35,047 nucleotides of DNA from Macrostomum lignano (Eukaryota). This document shows, piece after piece, positions 32,000 through 35,047 of this stretch. The notes under the pieces are model-generated. The model had not been told where the DNA came from. It saw only the letters and a program-made list of their open reading frames with translations, and did no database searches. Position 1 is the first letter of the stretch; the number at the start of each line of letters is the position of its first letter. The stretch is taken from the NCBI GenBank assembly GCA_002269645.1, contig NIVC01004785.1:1-35047 (forward strand), given 5' to 3'. Position numbers and translations under genes: made by a program.

Positions 32000-33240
32000 G
32001 TAAGATATCTTAGTTGGGACTAGGAGTACTAGATTAGAATGATTAATATACTACATACTAGAATATACTATGCTTGTAAGGTGGTTCCATTGAAATGTCA
32101 CACTTTGTATAAGTAATGCATAAGTATATTTTGATTTAAATTCAAACAAATAAGTGCAGAGCTGAAATGCATGAGATAAGGTTTTAGCATAGGAGTAGGA
32201 AAAAGAACCCTATCAATTCAGCACCTACTATTCCATATGCAGAAAGAATCATATAAGCTGTCAAGAACAAATTTATTCAATCTAAATGTCATCTGTTTCT
32301 ACAACTTTCTCTAACTAAGCTCAAAATCTACTAAGAGCTTTTTGCATTTTAGCTTTTATCTTACACTTTTATCTTACACTTACACAGATTTTTACAAGAT
32401 GTATAATAGGCTTTACAATGTTTTCCTATCTAGAAAAAATTAAGCTCTTAAAAATATTTATTTTAAAAGCTTTTCAACCTTTTGTTTTTATTGTTTGCCA
32501 ATAATTTCTTTATTTGCTATTAAATTAGGGACTCTAGTAAGATTTTTTAAATCAATTATTGAATTAATAAAATACAAATAGGAAAGATTGTTTCAAAGCA
32601 CTAGCATAGTAGAAATTTACTAAAGATTAGGAAACTATTGAATCAAAGTGATGCTTATAGGCGTAGGCTTATGCAACGCAAGCAATAAAGTTCATAATTA
32701 TAATTTATTAAAGTTTATAAGTTGTTATATTTGTATGATCAGTATCATAAACAAAGGTTGTTTAGACAAAAAGGATTTTTGTCTAAACAAAACCTAGACA
32801 TAAAACCTAGACATAAAAACGAAAAAAAGTGGGGTTCGAGATAAAGTTAGGCCTACCCGTATAACAAACTGTGCTCTTTTTTAATTTTGTAATTTTTTAA
32901 GGAAATTTATTTTTTCTCAAGATTAGAATCAAAATTACAAAAATACCAGCGTGCTTTTTTTCACAAAGTGCTCCATTGCTTCGGTTTTCAAATAAATCTT
33001 GAGTAGCAGTTTTTCTATGAACTTAGTGTAAATTTTGCGGATATTCAGCCAGCTGATCCGATTTTTAAGATCTCAGGCCAGTCGTAGTTCTTCTAATTTT
33101 CTTACTTTAAGAAGATAGGCCTATACAGACGTACAATTAAAAGATAAGCAAAGCACAAATTTGAGTTCACTTCTCAAAGTCTAAATCAAGTCTTGCCTCT
33201 TGTGCCCCTTATTCCTTTAATTTTTTTGTATATTCAAGTC

Positions 33241-33297
33241 ATGTCTACTTTTGACAACCCATTTGCTGAACCATCATCAGATAGCAATCCATTCATG
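33241..33297 (+). CDS. SCAMP: SCAMP (secretory carrier membrane protein) first coding exon
   Basis: MSTFDNPFAEPSSDSNPFM with two NPF motifs, then canonical donor ATG/GTAAGT (phase 0); parallels the SCAMP1 N-terminus MSDFDSNPFADPDLNNPFK. Later exons were not found in the window. Confidence 0.8.
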
Positions 33298-35047
33298 GTA
33301 AGTGCCTTAGCCTAAGTGAAAAAGTATATAACGTCTATCTATCCTGCTTTAACTATCTGGGAAGTCTTGACCATATAATAACATTGTCATTGATTAGGAG
33401 TGAGTAGGACTAGCTATAGTTGAAATGTAGACAAAGCCTTTTCACAATAGGCCTCTAGTGGGCTTTGGGGTTGGAATTTTTTAATGCTTAGTGTTGTATC
33501 AATTAATTACAGGCTTCTAAGTTTAGTATATGGTGGGTAGGTGATCATAGGGTGTAGGTCACATAGGCAAAAAGATGGCAATCTTCAAGTTTCGTTTGTT
33601 TAATTATTTCCGGAATTATTTCGCCCTCTATTCAAGGGTGGTTGGAATTAAACGAACGAAACTTGAAGATACCCAAAAAGACATTAAGGCAAAAGTCATT
33701 TTGGAGAAAGTTTGGCAAGTCATTTTGGAGAAAGCCATACTATGGGCATGGCATGGGGCACAAGCTTCAATGCATGCTTCAATGTATATACAAGCTATAT
33801 TCAGGATTTAATTTAACAATTAGGCCTTATCTAGATAGATGTTAATTTATGCAATGTAGGCCCAATAAAAGTTTTATTTTATGCCGCTGGCTTTTATATG
33901 TATCTAAAATGGGGTTGGGGGTTGCATACTTGTGGCTATATGCCAAATGCAATGAGGTTGCATATATATTTGTCTTTGCATATTTTTAAGATTATATATT
34001 TGTGTATCATTCACATACTGCAGCTCCAATGAAAATGTGGGGATGGTGCACTGTATGGTATGCTAGACTTAAATAACTGAGTTATGATTATATTCAATGT
34101 TAGGCACTAGTCTATTAGTGTTAATAAACATTAATCCATTAATAAACATTAATAAGTGTTAAGATTTTTCATTAGGGCCTAATGTTAATGGACTACCATT
34201 AAGATTTTTAAACAAATTTACTAACAAATTTGCATTAATAACTTTGTGAGTTAATAACAAATTCATCATTAATGTTAATGGAAATGTCAATGACCAAAGA
34301 TGCAAAGAAAAAACAAAAATATAAGTTTAAAAAAGTTGCAAAATTATAGATGAGTTTTCAAGTTTCAAATAAAAAAGTTACTACTTTAATTATATCATAT
34401 ATGCTTAATTTAGTAGTATTATATAAACAAGTTTTTTAAATTATTATTTATTACTTTTTAGCTTGTAAATCCTTTAGATGACCTCTATGTTTTGCTAAAA
34501 AGGGGAAAGCAAAGACAGTGTATTATAAAAATGTGCAAGGTTTCTATATTTTTGTGTTAACTTTAACAAATTAAAATTAACAATTATCAGTTAACTTTCA
34601 GTTAACTTAATGAAGTTAAAAGTTGATAAGTTAATATTTTTTAACACTAATGCTCTTCCCATTAATGGAAATTAAGATTTTCATTAATGGTACCCAACAC
34701 TGATTGTATTAAGGGAGACTACACAGTTGGCTTTTTAGATCTTATAGAAGCATTCATTAGGCCTAATCATTAACTTTTTACTTGAATTGATTGTTTTCAT
34801 TTTTAAAGTCTAAAAATATAAAAAAGTAAAAAAGTAACAGTTTATCATGTACTAATAAATAAATTATTTGTTATAGTCAATTGCCATAATTAAATATAAG
34901 GTTAGGCTCCTACTACTTTACCATAAAGTAATAATATGACTAGGTAATTTTATCTACAATATATCTCTATTCAATTTGAATTTTCGCATTGATATATATA
35001 TTAGGAATTCTTGAAATAATATCAGTTTTGCATGTATAAAGCATGAA

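Noticed and set aside
34173-34765. Possible MITE (TAGGGCCTAATG ... CATTAGGCCTA) with CATTAAT repeats in the SCAMP intron
   Set aside because: TIR imperfect and flanks do not form a TSD; AT-rich background makes chance matches likely.

Overview
Repeat-rich animal genomic DNA with GC-rich exons in an AT-rich background and GT-AG introns. The style suggests an invertebrate, possibly a free-living flatworm such as Macrostomum (inference only). Four protein-coding genes can be assembled by hand with phase-compatible splice sites. (1) An NFAT5/TonEBP-type Rel-homology transcription factor on the minus strand has 5 coding exons from 10479 down to 974 and continues off the left edge; exon 4 is missing from the ORF track. 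(2) An XRCC4-superfamily, most likely PAXX-like, NHEJ-factor gene on the minus strand has exons 29056-28836 and 26317-26065; its 3' exon was not found. (3) A complete two-exon CIAO2B/FAM96B/MIP18 gene lies on the minus strand (30976-30662, 30217-30068). (4) The first coding exon of a SCAMP gene lies on the plus strand (33241-33297). All four initiator ATGs have a 3' splice acceptor 2-37 nt upstream, compatible with spliced-leader trans-splicing and possibly a CIAO2B-PAXX operon. The rest is a dead mariner with an exact internal duplication, three tRNA-derived SINE-like families, several non-autonomous DNA transposons with TIRs and TSDs (including a 4.7-kb nested stack), about ten mini/microsatellite arrays, an interstitial (TTAGGG)5 and a 0.7-kb CT tract. 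Most long ORFs in the supplied track are artefacts of these repeats. No CRISPR array, rRNA or intact tRNA was found.
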